Assembly (NCBI GenBank): GCA_028534125.1 | Contig: CM052816.1 | Span: forward strand, 69,380,001-69,444,000 | DNA from: Lama glama | Taxonomy: Eukaryota | DNA: 64,000 bases | Direction: 5' to 3' | Part shown: positions 1 to 12,798 of the stretch, piece after piece | Position numbering within the stretch: the first letter of the stretch is position 1 | How the letters are laid out: each line of letters opens with the position of its first letter | The notes under the pieces: generated by a model | Told to the model about the DNA's origin: nothing | Databases searched by the model: none | What the model saw: only the letters and a program-made list of their open reading frames with translations | Program-made: the position numbers and the translations under genes

Positions 1-199
1 GTGACTTCCCTGCATATTCACACCCAGACATCTCAGAGGGGGAGAAGCTGGTTGTCCTCCCTTCACTGCTGCCAGTGATTCCCTTGTCCCCTCCCTCCTC
101 CTCTGGGCTTCTGTCCAACCACTTACCCCTTTCTGGACGTCTCTTAGTCTCTCACCATCCACAGGCTCCTCTCCATCAGCCTAAAGTCAAAGTGTGCTC

Positions 200-425
200 C
201 ATCTTTTTAAAACAAGACCTCCTAGACCTCTTGTCACCCTCTAGCTAATTATTCCACCCTCTTCCAGCCCAACTCCTTGAATTTGTGGCCTGTATTCAAT
301 GGTCACTCTCCACGCTGCTGCTAAATGACTTCTGTCCTACCTTGGACTCTGCCCTTGGCACAAAGTTAGCCTTGCTGCTAAATCTGTGCTTTAACCTTAT
401 CTCCCTTACCCTCTTCAGCACTGAC
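200..425 (+). mobile_element. Degenerate LINE L2 fragment
   Basis: Pyrimidine-rich sequence resembling the L2 ORF2 3' region (caactccttgaa...gctgctaaatct...cttatctcc...cagcactgaca). Recognised from recalled consensus; boundaries approximate. Confidence 0.45.
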
Positions 426-508
426 ATAAGCCTCTTATCGGAAAAGGATGGGAACTGTTTTTGCCGTAGCCCTGTCAAGAGGACAAGTAGTTTTCTCTTA
501 TCCTATTC

Positions 509-788
509 CATGCATTCTCAAAGGGGACAATATTGCCCTCAAGGGGGCAAAAATTGGTTCTTATGGAGAAAAAAAATCCACATTATCTAAGATTATATCA
601 AATCTTAGCTATTAGATTATGGGTTGTAACCCTCCCAAAGGCCCAAGTACATAAATAGACATAAAGAAAATCTGTGGTATTAAAATTTCATGAGGCAGAG
701 GGAGGAGAAATCAGCCAGAAAATGTCTTAAAAGACTCCTGGGAGTGGAGGGGTGGAGCAATAAAAAAAAAAAAGGGTTAGAGACACTG
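509..788. mobile_element. hAT-Charlie non-autonomous DNA transposon remnant
   Basis: Degenerate Charlie-type termini (catgcattctcaaaggg... / ...gggttagagacactg) around caagggggcaaaaattggttc. Confidence 0.6.
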
Positions 789-1322
789 TTAGGTTAGCTT
801 CATGAATTGCTCATCCAGACCCCACGGCCCAGGGGCTCACTTGGGGGATTCCAGTACTAACTAGGCTTGCGTCTGAGAAGGTTTCCTAGAGAGAGAGATC
901 TGTCGGCCTGGATAAGAGGACAATGAGGTGGGACAAATGGAGCTTTGGGCAGGGAAGGGACAGGAGGTTGAGTGTTCGCCACATTCCAGGACTGGAGCCA
1001 GAAGAGAAGGCCATGATCGGAGGACAAAAGGACGCGGTGTGGCCACAAGGCAGGCCACAGAGTAGGAAGTGGAAAAAATGAGGCTGGAGAGGTGAGCAGA
1101 GACCAAATCCGGAAGAACCTCACGTGTCATTTGGGACAAAAATAACATTTTCAAATTTCCACCAGTTGTTCTAGGAGTGACATTGGAATCCTTGTTTTAG
1201 AGTAAACACTAATCTTTCTCTTCATAATCAAAAGGCTCATTGCAGTTGTTTTTATTTTCCCCAAAAACTAAAGTTGAGGTTCTATTCTAGACTATAGGAG
1301 TTAATTTCATGAAGACCCAAAT

Positions 1323-1538
1323 CAGTGCCTTTTTTACTTTTCTGACGACACTTACAGTAAGAAACACATTCAGCACTGCTACCCAGTGAACACATATATA
1401 CACACACTGGGTACAAAACACTTAGCTTTACTACGTGCAGTGCACTCTGATGGTCCCTCTGTTCAATTCCATTTAGCTCAACAGTGAGACTTACACTTCA
1501 CTAAGTTGATTTCACAGCCCACAGTTTGAAAAGCAGTT
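1323..1538 (+). mobile_element. hAT-Charlie (Charlie4-like) element
   Basis: Starts cagtgccttttttacttttctgacgacacttacagtaagaaacacatt and ends ttgatttcacagcccacagtttgaaaagcagt, resembling Charlie4a/4z termini. Confidence 0.6.
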
Positions 1539-2210
1539 GACTTTTTACATTGTTAAGCAAGGTCGTTTATCATCTTTGTGGGGTGAGTTACCCCTCTGCA
1601 GGGAGACTGTGATGGTCTTAATTGGTTTTTCTTCTGCAGTTGCAGCAAGACGTTGAGTAAGTAGGAAAGCAGGAGGTCAGCAAGACCAGACAGCGTGGCT
1701 TAGGTCCGGTGCTGTAGAGGATGAGGAAGATAAGGATGAAAGCACAGATTTAGCAGTGAGGGGGCCTTCGACTTCGCTCGGGAGTGTCAGAGGCAAAGCT
1801 GGGCAGAGGTTACACTGCAGGTGGTCGGGGAGTACATGCTGCACGCAGATCACAACTTCTAGGAGTTGGGTGGGAGGGGATGGAAGGAATTCGCTAGAGG
1901 CTGACACAAGGTCTGGAAGGCTTGTTTGGTCTTAATAAGATGTTTTTAAGAAAAGTGACCATTGGTCTAATGGGAAAAAGAGAACTGGTTAGCGAGGGAC
2001 TCTGATAGGCCATGGTTGATGGAGTCTGAAGCCTGGATGGCCAATATTCTGCTTTAAAAATTTCCTTTAAAGAGAGAAATTTCCTTACATTGTCCTCAAA
2101 TCATGAATATGGTTCTGCTCAGTATTACAGACTGGTGTCAACTCGGCTTTGTAAGGATTGGGTTGTTCCAGGCTCTGGGTAAACTAGAGCAATGGGCCTT
2201 CCCTGCCTGG

Positions 2211-2252
2211 AGAAGCAGTGATGATGTAGAAGCAGTGATGAGGTAGAAGCAG
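2211..2252. repeat. 17-bp tandem repeat, about 2.5 copies
   Basis: agaagcagtgatgatgt / agaagcagtgatgaggt / agaagcag read directly. Confidence 0.85.
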
Positions 2253-2423
2253 ATGACAGCAGCAGTCTGGAAAGAGAGAAAAGCGACAACCAACTTAGAA
2301 CAAATACACGTGCCTAAGGGAATCCTAAAAATATTTGCATGGAAATTTGATTGGAACTTGCTGAAATCTTGCAGGCTTTTGGAGTCAGCTGTGGAATGGT
2401 AGCCTTATGGAGTTTACATTTTA

Positions 2424-2573
2424 TTTATTTATTTTTAATATTTTATTTATTTTATTTTGGGGGGGTGGTAATTAGGTTTATTTATTTATTTTTTAATGGC
2501 AGTACTGGGGATTGAACCCAGGACCTCGTGCATGCTAAACACTCACTCTAACCACTGAACTGTACCCTCCCCC
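2424..2573 (-). mobile_element. tRNA-Ala-derived SINE (Vic-1-like)
   Basis: Minus strand has a tRNA-like head with B box ggttcaatccc, then an A-rich linker, cctaattacc and an A-rich tail. Perfect 16-bp TSD tggagtttacatttta at 2408-2423 and 2575-2590. Confidence 0.92.
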
Positions 2574-3005
2574 TTGGAGTTTACATTTTAGATAGAAGCC
2601 ATAATAAGCACAAATACATTTTAACAGAGTTGGGAGCATGGAGGAAGTAATTTTCCTAAACACTGCTTTCATCACATCATCCTTCCTCTGATCAAATACT
2701 TGCAGTGGTTCTAGGCTTTCTCATATAAAAACTATTGTGGTTGTACATTCTGATCTTGACTATTCTTTCTAAATCTACATTTATAGGATTTCCTCCATCA
2801 CATATTCCAAACTCTTTGGTCTGGGAGTCATATTCCCCACCAATATGACCAAAAAGGCAGGTGGGGAGGCCATGCCTTCCAGAGCTTCTCTGTGTGATCC
2901 CTGTCCTCTAGACTAACTGCTCGCTGTCCTCCTAACACTCCTGCTTCTCTCTCATTTTCCCCCTTATGCTCTTTCTTGCAGTCAGGATGCTATAGCATCC
3001 CATAC

Positions 3006-3459
3006 TGTATGCTGAATAATAGCCCCCCCACCCCTAACCCCTGGAATCTGTGAATGTTCCCTTATATGGCAAACACTTTAGAGATGTGATTAAATTAAGG
3101 ATATTGAGATGAGATTATCCCAGATTGTCTGGAAAAGCCCTGTAAGCCATCACAAGTGTGCTTAGAGAGGAACAGAGGGAGATGTCACACACACAGGGGA
3201 GAAGGTGACATGAAGGCAGAGCAGAGAGAGATTTGAAGATGCTGGTCTTGAAGGCTGGAGTGAAGTGGCCACAAAACAAGGAATTCCAGCAGCCACCAGG
3301 AACTGGAAGAGGCAAGGAACAGGCTCTCCCAGAGGGAGCTCTTGCTGCTGACTCCTTAATTTTGGACTGCTGGCCGCCAGAGTGTGATAGAGTTGGTGTC
3401 CACTGGTTTAAGTCATGCAGTTTGTGGTAGTTTGTTATGATAGTCATGAAACTAATACA
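3006..3459 (+). mobile_element. MaLR solo LTR (MLT1C-like)
   Basis: TG...CA termini. Contains cctggaatctgtgaatg...gatgtgattaaattaagg...agccaccaggaactggaagaggcaagg and ends gaaactaataca. Confidence 0.85.
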
Positions 3460-4564
3460 AATGCTCTCGTCCTTATCCTACTTCTGATGCTCAAAATCTG
3501 TCCTTCCCATCAGAATTAATTCCACACTCCTCCCTGTGAGTGCCCATATCTCTTTAGTTGAAAGAGGTTTTCCTTTCCTTGCTGGGTATGAGGTTCACCT
3601 GGATCTAATTTTATGCATTATTAAGCAAGGCACTCTGCTAGGAATCATGGGAGACAGAGCAGGTGTTCAGGAATTAGTGATGAAATAAGCTTCAAAAGAT
3701 TCTACTTGTTAAATTGGTCATGAAGCTTCAGGTTCACAGCACCAAAGAAACCACTTATAAGATGCTTCCTGGTGAGAGTGTCATGGTGCTGGCGTCAGGG
3801 TTGTCTGGCACTGCTCACGGGGGAACATGAGTGAGACCTGACTGTCCACTCTGCGTTTCCCAAGACCTTCCTCTGGGCTTCACCAAGGCACCCACATTCA
3901 GGCTTCTTCTGTTCACAAGTCCATTATAACCAACAACTCATCAACAGCCTCAGCCCACAATCACAGGGACCCACATCAAAGCTGACCTTCCTAGACCCTG
4001 TGGCGTAGCCAACCACTAGGAGTCTGCCTGCCCTCTGGAGTCTTCAGCCAGATTCCAGATTAGAGCTGGGATTGGCCTACTCTTAGAGTTGGCCCAACTC
4101 ATAAAGCTGAACATTGGCCAGGCTGTTCTCCTGTCTTTGCTTTCTTCCCTGCCAAGTTCCACATTCCCTCTTAAGTCTTGGCTCTTGTTCTGAATCTTAG
4201 CCTGTGGCTGGAGCCAGGGTGGTAGAGCCTACCTGTGCTTTCTGTAGATATGGATCCTGGTTTCTGTGGCCTTCACCTGCCGGCCAGACTCCTATCAGGC
4301 TGACTTCTGATTAAAACAGCACTTGGGACCCCTGCTGACCATGGAAGGATGCTCTCTATAACCATAGCTCAAGCAGCTATGCTTCTAGACTTAGTAGTGG
4401 AACCTGGGTACAGCTGGTGAGAGTAGCCAGGTAGCTTCCCACCTATCCTGCCTCATCCTCCTTTTCCTGACATGGATTTTCTGAGCTCCAGTGGATCTTG
4501 CTCCTGAAATTGTGGCCAAGTCTCTGTACTTGGCCCATCTAATCTCCAACAGATCGATTGCTTC

Positions 4565-4700
4565 ACGGTGGTTAAGAACATAGCCTAAGTGTGTATTCTT
4601 TGGTACATTGCTTCATTTGAGTAGGTTTCAATTTCTTCATCTCTAAAATGGGCAAAATTAATAGAACATACCTCCTAGGGATGTTGGGAAGATTGGACCT
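4565..4700 (+). mobile_element. MIR SINE fragment
   Basis: gtggttaagaacatag... followed by the MIR core tttcttcatctctaaaatggg. Confidence 0.65.
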
Positions 4701-5545
4701 GATTCCAGACATAGAGCATTTTCTCTATAAGACATTGTGCCAAGTGACCGATAAGTAGAAGTGTTTCTGGTGGTCTCTCCAAATCATAAGCTGTCTTATG
4801 ATTTGTTGTCTATCAAAAACTTTAATTCTTTTTCTCTGCTAATCTTTAGAATCCTCATGAAAAAGCATATGAGTCGAATTTTCTAGGACAATACAGGTTA
4901 CTGTAACCCAGATGATGTTTACATGGAATAAATTATAAAATCTTGGACACAAAAGAATTCTTTTGGCTGTCACTGAGTGTTTGGTGCAAGGTTTCTACCT
5001 CTAAAATTGGACCAATCCAAGTATCTGTCTTTGGCTCAGGTTAACACCCCCATTTGAAGAGGTGGTTTCTAAGATATCATAAGCTCCTTTCAGTTACTAG
5101 GCCAAAAAAAAGCAAGGCATGACATATTAGTTTCATACTTGAAAGAAGCAGCAATCCCAGGAAGTCTACTGAGCTTTAAAACTAAATCCAGTCGTGGTTG
5201 TGACAGATTGGTCTGAAAGTGAAGCCAGGGATAGTGTCATATTTTCATGTGATAACTGCCCTCTGGTGGGAGAGACTAGAATTACACCCATAAGAGACTA
5301 ATAACTGAAATTTTAAATGAGCTATTCTTATTCCTCTTGCCTTTATGATTCCAGATGAAGGTCCTCATACACTGAGCCCATTTCACTATTTGTTTTAACC
5401 CTTGCAGCTTTTAGATCATTTGTATTGGAGTGGGGGAGCAGGATAAGGATTGAGACATTTTTGAAAAATAAATTTTGAGCCCTTGCTTTCTGTTTGAAAA
5501 CTATCAGGCGTAAACTGTGCTGTAAAGGTACCTAACGAGACATCA

Positions 5546-5790
5546 CAGCAGTGGGATTAAAGGAATAGTTTTTAGAGACATAAAGATATAAATCTGAATC
5601 CTCACTCTGTCCTTTACTATCTACTTGATCTAGGGCAAGTCACAACCTCTCTAAGTCTTAATTTCTTCCTCACCAGGAAAATGGGAGAAATGCGTATACC
5701 TCTTGGGGTTGTTGTATAGATTAAAAAAGAGATGTAAAACGCTTAGGATGGAACCTGGCACATAGGAAGTGTTCAATAAATATTAGATAT
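5546..5790 (+). mobile_element. MIR SINE (near full length), followed by short ttcaataaatatt repeats to about 5845
   Basis: gaatcctcactctg...gggcaagtcacaacctctctaag...cctggcacataggaagtgttcaataaat. Confidence 0.75.
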
Positions 5791-7747
5791 TTGTCATATT
5801 CAATAAATATTCAATTATTTCAATAAATATTATTATTTGTCATGCACAATAGGAGTAAAGCTCTTTGGAGAAAAAAACTGACCCATTTCAACTAAGTAGA
5901 GGCTATTTTTAAAAGAACAGCATATAGCATTGCCCATGTTTCTTTAAACATTAATCAAGGCCTTGGCAAATCTAAGATGTTACTGGGTAACTGTACCAGC
6001 CACTGATCCTGTGCAGATAAGGTTCGGAACAAGCCAGATGCTGGGAGGAATGTACCAGGGCTTCCCTATCACCCCAGAGCATCTTTATCAGCTATGATCT
6101 AATGATTTGTTTCTTTTTCCACAGTTTGCTTTTAAGCCCTTTGGTGGTGTTAATACTGCTTTTTAGTTGCTGAGCTACTAAGCTTGAGAAACTCAAGCCT
6201 GCTTTTTTAACCTGAGGGAAATTCCAAGGAAATACAGCTTGCTCACAAATGGTCCTTGTTGGGTGGAGGGTGCAGGTTGTGAGTTATTTCTTCCACAACA
6301 TGGTTTCACCGAGAGGTCAGATAAGGATATCAGGTTAAAGAAAAGGCAGGATTGGAGACACCGGGCGGGGGGTGGGGGGGTGGTATGAGGGCTTAGCCTT
6401 CAAGGGCAGAGAAAGAAGCCAGGAATCCTAACCAGCTTTGTAACCCCAGGTAGGTCGTCGTCACATCCATGAACCTCAGTTCTCAGCCAGAAAAAAAGAA
6501 AAGGAGACTGAACTAAATATATGAAGTCTCTTTCAAGTTAAAAAGGAAAAGGATGGAGAAGGAAAGAAAAAACACACTTGGGCATGATGCTGAAGTGTTC
6601 TCCGAAATGTTATCCTTTTCCTCTTTGGGCGCCCACTTCCCGGCCCCAGCAACTCCCTTTCTGTCTGTTCCAGGGTACCAGCGAGGGTTGCCTCATCCCT
6701 AGTGCTAAAGGCTGGAAAGGGGGCAGGTGCTTCAAAGTTGCACGCTCATCTGAGGGCCCTGCTGTCAGCTGCGAGAAGATAGTCAACAGAAGAGGAGGTA
6801 CTCACCTTCACGCTATGGCAGGAGAGATTCCCATGTTTCTACCCTGTTCCTCCCAACTCTTGGAAGACCTGCGTCACATGCCCCCTCCTCTGAGAGCCTG
6901 AGCCAATGGCTCCCATGGCCTGGCAGCACCATGTGGCCCCATCCCCTGACCAAGTGAGTGGACCTGGGATGGACCCCTGACCAGAGCTGAATCAGATTCT
7001 CTAGGAAGTTGGGGTTCTGAGACACTGGGCCCTGGTTGACCCTTGGGCTGCGGTGTATGTGGAGCTTATGTGGCATTTCCTGCCAGGACAGAGCCAGGCG
7101 AAGAAGGCCAGTCTTCGTGTCCACCTTACTTGCCTTCCTCTGCAGGGAATTACAGAGAAGAGCACTCACATAGCCTCAGAGAGAATAGTTGCCTTGGAAT
7201 TAGGAATTCCCTAGAAACCAAAATACTGCTAAGAACCATTTCCTAAGCCACTTTCTGCCCTTGTAACTCTAGCAAACAACACGTGTCATTTGGATAAAAT
7301 TCTCTTTATTTCTAGAGCTAGTCTGAGTAGGTTTCTGTTAGCCTTTAAAAAGCAAATATTTATTGGCAAAGGAGCTTTGAGGAATTTATTCTGGGGCTCA
7401 AGACCCCAGTGAATCCATGACTTGAAGGACTAACTTTCAGAAGGGGCCCTTCAGACACAATGCAAGCTACTAGAGACATATCTGGGGCAGAAGGATCTTC
7501 TTGGGGTCCTTCAAATCCACAAGCAGCTTCCTGTGCTGTCTTCCTGGTCTTGGTGGGAATTCTAGAGGAACAGGCTAGGCTTTCTTTGTTGTTTGCAAAG
7601 CAAACAGCCACTAAGATCTAAGATCTCACAAAAAGGTGTATTTTTAGAACCTTGACTCAGCAGGGTCTCTTTGGAGGAAGAATGAAGGTTTGCCCAGCTG
7701 ACACCGTCCACTCCCGTGCTCTCATGGCCCATCCATTCAAACCTTGT

Positions 7748-7895
7748 GAGAGGCAGTATTGTGTCGTGGTCACGAACATCAGCTACAGAGCCAGTTACCT
7801 GAGTTCAGATCCTGACTCCACCCCTAACCTGAACATGTAACTCAGTGTCCACCTCATTGGATTCTTTTAACATCAAGGGAGTTCATCTGTGTAAA
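7748..7895 (+). mobile_element. MIR fragment
   Basis: gaggcagtattgtgtcgtggtca...agagccagttacctgagttcagatcctgactccac (tRNA-derived MIR head). Confidence 0.6.
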
Positions 7896-8648
7896 ATCTA
7901 GTAGGTACCAGATGCTATTCTAAGTACCATCACATAGAAATAAAAGGTGGCATGTATGCACATAAAGTCCTTAGCTTATTGGTCACAGGAGGAACTACAG
8001 AGACCACTAAGAAACTGGGGAGGGGGTGATTGTCTACATGCGGGGAAGCCATGCTTAGTCCTTTAACTGTAATATCCAGTGGAAATTAAATAAAATTTAT
8101 ATTAGAATCTCCCCACCCACAGCAACTTGTCAGTAATAGTCAAAGAGCAGAAGCAACTCTAATGGTTTCTCTCCCTCTACATGTGTCAGCAGGAGTCCTC
8201 ACAATGGACACTATTCTGAAGTTGTCTTTTTTAAGCCCCAGAGCAAAATGCATTATCTCATGGCTGACTGAGGGCTTCATAGCTTAAAGGAAGCAAAATC
8301 AACACGCTTGTCTCCTTGAGTGAAATGTTCTATCAGCACCAGCACAGGCTAAATACTCAAAGGTTCATTTCTTTTCTTTCCTTCTACAAAACATTAACTT
8401 TCCTGTGTCACTGCATTGCGTTGCAACAATCTAGCCATCTTTTAAGCACCTCCCTGTGATAACATCTTGGTAGTTACAGCATGTGCTTTTATGGAATGTA
8501 TTCCATTCATTTCCCACAACACAGAACAATACTTTTCCCAACCCCTGAAAATTGTAGACTTCTGTCCTCTACTGCCTTCAAGTCTGTACCCCTCAAGCAG
8601 CCTCTCTTACAACTTCACTGCCTACGTCTTCCCCTTCCTACCCTTCCT

Positions 8649-8652
<4 letters not shown>

Positions 8653-8692
<40 letters not shown>
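8653..8692. repeat. (AC)n microsatellite, about 20 units
   Basis: Uninterrupted AC run read directly. Confidence 0.97.
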
Positions 8693-8695
<3 letters not shown>

Positions 8696-8762
8696 GCTTG
8701 ACTTTTACCCACTGAAACTTTCCCCAAGTTTCCAAATCACGGTCCCAGGTCATCACCTTATG

Positions 8763-9170
8763 TGTATCAGTCAGGTTCTCAGCAGGAAACGTGGCATCTG
8801 CAAGCTGAGTCATTTAGGGAGAATTCAAAAAGTAGACCGCTAGAGAGGTGGGCAAGACTGAGGAAAAGTGCAGAGTAAGGCAATGTCCGCAGGACTACCA
8901 TGAGCAGAGAGTTATTACAACCTTTGGGCCCGGAGAAGCCGAGGAGAGGAGGCAGCTACGGGAACCCAGAGTGAGAGCTGTAAAGAGGCTCCACCGACAG
9001 GAGAGCTCGCCCTCGCTGTAGACTCAGCAACATTCCCGGGTGACCGGACGGTGAGGGGCCGGGGAGGAAGCACTCTGACCTCACTCTCCCCCTCTTGCCT
9101 CCCACTGGCCAAGCCTGGCAGGAAGCCAGAGGCAAGGGGCGCATGGCTGCAATCCATGCGTCAGTCTCCC
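8763..9170 (-). mobile_element. ERVL LTR33-like fragment
   Basis: tgtatcagtcaggttctcagcaggaaacgtggca... matches the reverse complement of the LTR33 3' end. Right boundary approximate. Confidence 0.65.
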
Positions 9171-10271
9171 TGAGCACAGAGAGGGCGAGAGTGGCTCCAG
9201 AGGTGAAGGGAGGAGACCCAGCAGTCTTCATGGTGCCAAGGTTTTGCACATACCACAGATGCTCAACCGGGAGCTCTCAGAACCAGCAGTAGTAAGTCAA
9301 CAACACATTAGAGGTGCCACAGGTGGGTTCCCCAGAAAGCAGACGTTGAGGTGGGCTTTAGCATGTAGGGGGTACATTCAGGGTCAGCACCCTTGGATCA
9401 AGACCCCTGGGCTTAACCCCGTGGCAGAGAAGGGGTTAAAACCTATTATGCTGTTCCTTTGTCAAAGTCACCCAAGGGTCTCAGTCAGAGATGATTCCAG
9501 CTTTGATTCCCACTAATGGAAAATATTTACCCTGGCTCTTTTTGGTCCAGAAATAATAGTCACTTGGGTCCCCAAGTCTAGTGAGCTGAGGAATGTCCAT
9601 ATTCTTCACACTTTTCTAGCACAGATGAATAGAGGGTGGTCTTAACCCCTGGGAGGGGCAAAAACTAATTCTTGGAGGCTAAAATCTTAGATATTAAATT
9701 ACTATGGTTTGTGGCCCTTCAAAGGGCCATAGCATACAAGCAGGTGTACAGTATATCTGAGATAGTAAAATCCTGTGAAGTTGGCAGTGGGAGGAACAGA
9801 AATAGGAAAAAAAAAAGTCTAAAAAGGCACCTGGTGCCACTGGAAAAGTCCAGAAAAACCACAGGGCCCTCACAGTGACCCCGCAGGCACGAGCAAAGTC
9901 CAGTCCAGCCTCCAGCATCATCTGCACGACCTCCCGGGGGCCTGAATGACAAAACTTTCCTCTGATCTACTCCCTTGAACAGGGGCATCTGAGGCCAAGC
10001 CAGATTGCACGACACTGTAGCCAGTGTGAAGGGGCTAAAACTGGCCGAACTTTTCACATCATTCCATTGGTTTCTGAACTTGTTCTCTGAGACACAGGTT
10101 GTCCCAGGCTCATCTGATCCCTTCCATGACCCAAAGCTAAAATAAGACATTACCTCCAAAGAGACCAGGGTCTTTTTAATGGGGAATAATATTAAGAGGA
10201 TCTCAGTCTGGCAGCCTGGGGTGTTCATTGCTTCTTGGCCATTTTTACAAACAGAGCTGGATCACATATAA

Positions 10272-10345
10272 GCTAATTTTAGAACATTTTCATCACCCTC
10301 AAAAGAAAGCCTTGTACCCATTAACCATCACTCCCTATTCCTCCA
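10272..10345 (-). mobile_element. Old L1 (L1M) 3'UTR fragment
   Basis: aattttagaacatttt...catcaccctcaaaagaaagccttgtacccattaaccatcactcccta. Confidence 0.65.
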
Positions 10346-10540
10346 CTGTCACCCAGGAGCCATTTATACATGAAATCACTCCCACAGCCAGTGACTGGCT
10401 GGACCAGAGCTGGACGTTCATCCCATCTAAAGAGCCTCCCTTGATAATGTGGGGAGTCCAAAGTCATCAGGGAGGAGAGAGGTAAGACAGAGGAGAGGAG
10501 AGTTAGTCATTTTTCCAGCACTTAGACTAAGTCCACTTGA

Positions 10541-10789
10541 GGGGGGCAGAATTCTAGATGACCCCTAAGATCCCCTCTTCCTTGAGTGTGAGAAGGACTT
10601 GAAAACATATCACTCCCATGGTTTACTATGTTATACAGCAAAAGGGATTGCACACATGTAATTCAAGCCCGAAGTCACTTTATTTTGAATTAAGAAGGAC
10701 ATCATCTCTGTTGGGTCTGGCTTAATCAGGCGAGAAGCCTTAAAACCAGCAGAGAAGGAGGAACACACCTGCCAGCTCAAGGAGGAACA
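10541..10789 (+). mobile_element. MaLR LTR (MLT1E-like) 5' part, cut by the assembly gap
   Basis: ggcagaattctagatgacccctaagat...cactcccatg...aaaagggattgc...gggtctggcttaatcagg. Confidence 0.65.
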
Positions 10790-11289
10790 NNNNNNNNNNN
10801 NNNNNNNNNNNNNNNNNNNNNNNNNNNNNNNNNNNNNNNNNNNNNNNNNNNNNNNNNNNNNNNNNNNNNNNNNNNNNNNNNNNNNNNNNNNNNNNNNNNN
10901 NNNNNNNNNNNNNNNNNNNNNNNNNNNNNNNNNNNNNNNNNNNNNNNNNNNNNNNNNNNNNNNNNNNNNNNNNNNNNNNNNNNNNNNNNNNNNNNNNNNN
11001 NNNNNNNNNNNNNNNNNNNNNNNNNNNNNNNNNNNNNNNNNNNNNNNNNNNNNNNNNNNNNNNNNNNNNNNNNNNNNNNNNNNNNNNNNNNNNNNNNNNN
11101 NNNNNNNNNNNNNNNNNNNNNNNNNNNNNNNNNNNNNNNNNNNNNNNNNNNNNNNNNNNNNNNNNNNNNNNNNNNNNNNNNNNNNNNNNNNNNNNNNNNN
11201 NNNNNNNNNNNNNNNNNNNNNNNNNNNNNNNNNNNNNNNNNNNNNNNNNNNNNNNNNNNNNNNNNNNNNNNNNNNNNNNNNNNNNNNNN
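10790..11289. other. Assembly gap (500 N)
   Basis: Run of N. Confidence 1.
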
Positions 11290-11920
11290 GTCTTCTCTTC
11301 CTCTGTCAGCTGATCATAGGGAGCTCCCCATGAGGCCACAGGTGCAGGCTGGGAGAAAGAAGGCAGTGTAGCAGGAGTGGGGACCATGGGCACATGGGCC
11401 ACTTCTTCTTTTGACTTACTTGTGCCTTCAGGACCTGCTCGGACCCAATCACATACATACCCTTTCCATCTGATGATGGGGTTTTGCTTCACATGCCCAA
11501 CTTTATGATATGGTGGGTTAGGTTGCATGGTATCTTGGGGACCCATAGTTAAGCATTCAGTCTGTGCTAAGTAAGACCCAGTAGCAGACCAAGAGCTGTT
11601 TCTCAAAAGGAGGGTAATTATCTTCAGATGGTGGATTTGGGCTTTGCTCCAAAATCCTAAAGGTCTGTGCTGAGATTCACCTATAGAGGCCTGCCAAAGT
11701 TCCCAAAGAACATCTCTATCTGCCGCTGCCACTTCAAGCACCACCTGGTTAAATTTACGATAATCCACCATCAATCTCCAAGATCCATCTGTCTTCTGCA
11801 CAGGCTAAATAGGAGAGTTGAATGAAGATTTGGTAGGAATCTCCAACCCTGCATCTTTCAAGTCCTTGTGTGACACTAATCTCTGCAATCCCTCCAGGGA
11901 TGGAGCACTGCTTTCCCATT
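11290..11920 (-). mobile_element. ERVL-class endogenous retrovirus pol pseudogene fragment (RT N-terminus joined to the connection/RNase H region)
   Basis: Minus-strand translation gives VQKTDGSWRLMVDYRKFNQVV|LEVAAADRDVLWELWQASIGESQHRPLGFWSKA...WKGYVCDWVRAGPEGTSK...QPAPVASWGAPYDQLTEEEK, typical of HERV-L/MERV-L pol. It has stops and frameshifts. Confidence 0.92.
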
Positions 11921-12488
11921 ACACATTTCTACCAATCCTTGTATTAGTTTACCTCCCCCTCCCCTGCATGAAGAAATGATGCAAATCTGAATAGAACGGG
12001 CAAGAAGAATTATGAGAACATTCTAAGGGGGAGACATGGGGTCAGAGCAGAAGAACAGACTATGACTGAAGCAATTAAACATAAAACCAAAGTGTAAGAT
12101 GATTATCTCAAAGTAACACATTTGAACGGAAGTATGCTTTCTTCTGATGAGGTTACAAAAAGGAGAAATATATAAATTGTTTCACCATGTATTTTGGCAC
12201 CAAAGTGAATAAAATAGTCAATATATTTCTCTATTTGGTGACCTCCAACCTTCCAATTTTATCCATCTTTATAAGGAAAATATCTTTTGAAGCCAATTCA
12301 GTCTCTCATCTTCTCAACCATAGCATGTGGTCATTTTGTAAAGCATGAACCCACTCTCGGAGGCCAGGCTCTCTCTTGGTACTTTGTCAAGGGGCAGATA
12401 CACACAGACTCTCCCACAGGTTAACTAACCCTAACTCTACATAGATGCTCAGGACAAGGAAGCTTTTGACTTTTTGGTGGCTGCAGCT

Positions 12489-12798
12489 GCCGTGGAATGG
12501 TACTGCTCAATTCTCCCTTCAAGAAAAGAGTGGAGTTGGGAAGCTCAAGAGTGGAGTTAGCTGACAGCTTCCAGAAGTGTGAGCTGCGAGAGCCTTCACA
12601 ATCTTTTTCCAGGCAACCCCCAGCTAATGACTAAGCACCACAAGAGGATTAGAGCCTGGATGTTTCTGTTAACATAGAACATCTCTTACAGATCATCTTC
12701 CCTCTGGAGCTCCCATTCCATTTGCATCCTGGTCTGAGCCTGTATTTGGTGTCAGACCTCATCTCAATGTCTGCTTCCCTGAGGACCCAGCTAACTCA
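12489..12798 (+). mobile_element. ERVL LTR16-like solo LTR (internally deleted)
   Basis: tgccgtggaatgg...tgctcaattctcccttcaag...agctgacagc... and ends ctcatctcaatgtctgcttccctgaggacccagctaactca. Confidence 0.6.

Noticed and set aside
6363..6391. G-rich run, potential G-quadruplex
   Set aside because: Short isolated low-complexity tract with no promoter context, common by chance.
10740..11801. 353-aa ORF, the longest in the track
   Set aside because: It spans a 500-N gap. The real part is a frameshifted ERVL pol fragment and not a gene.
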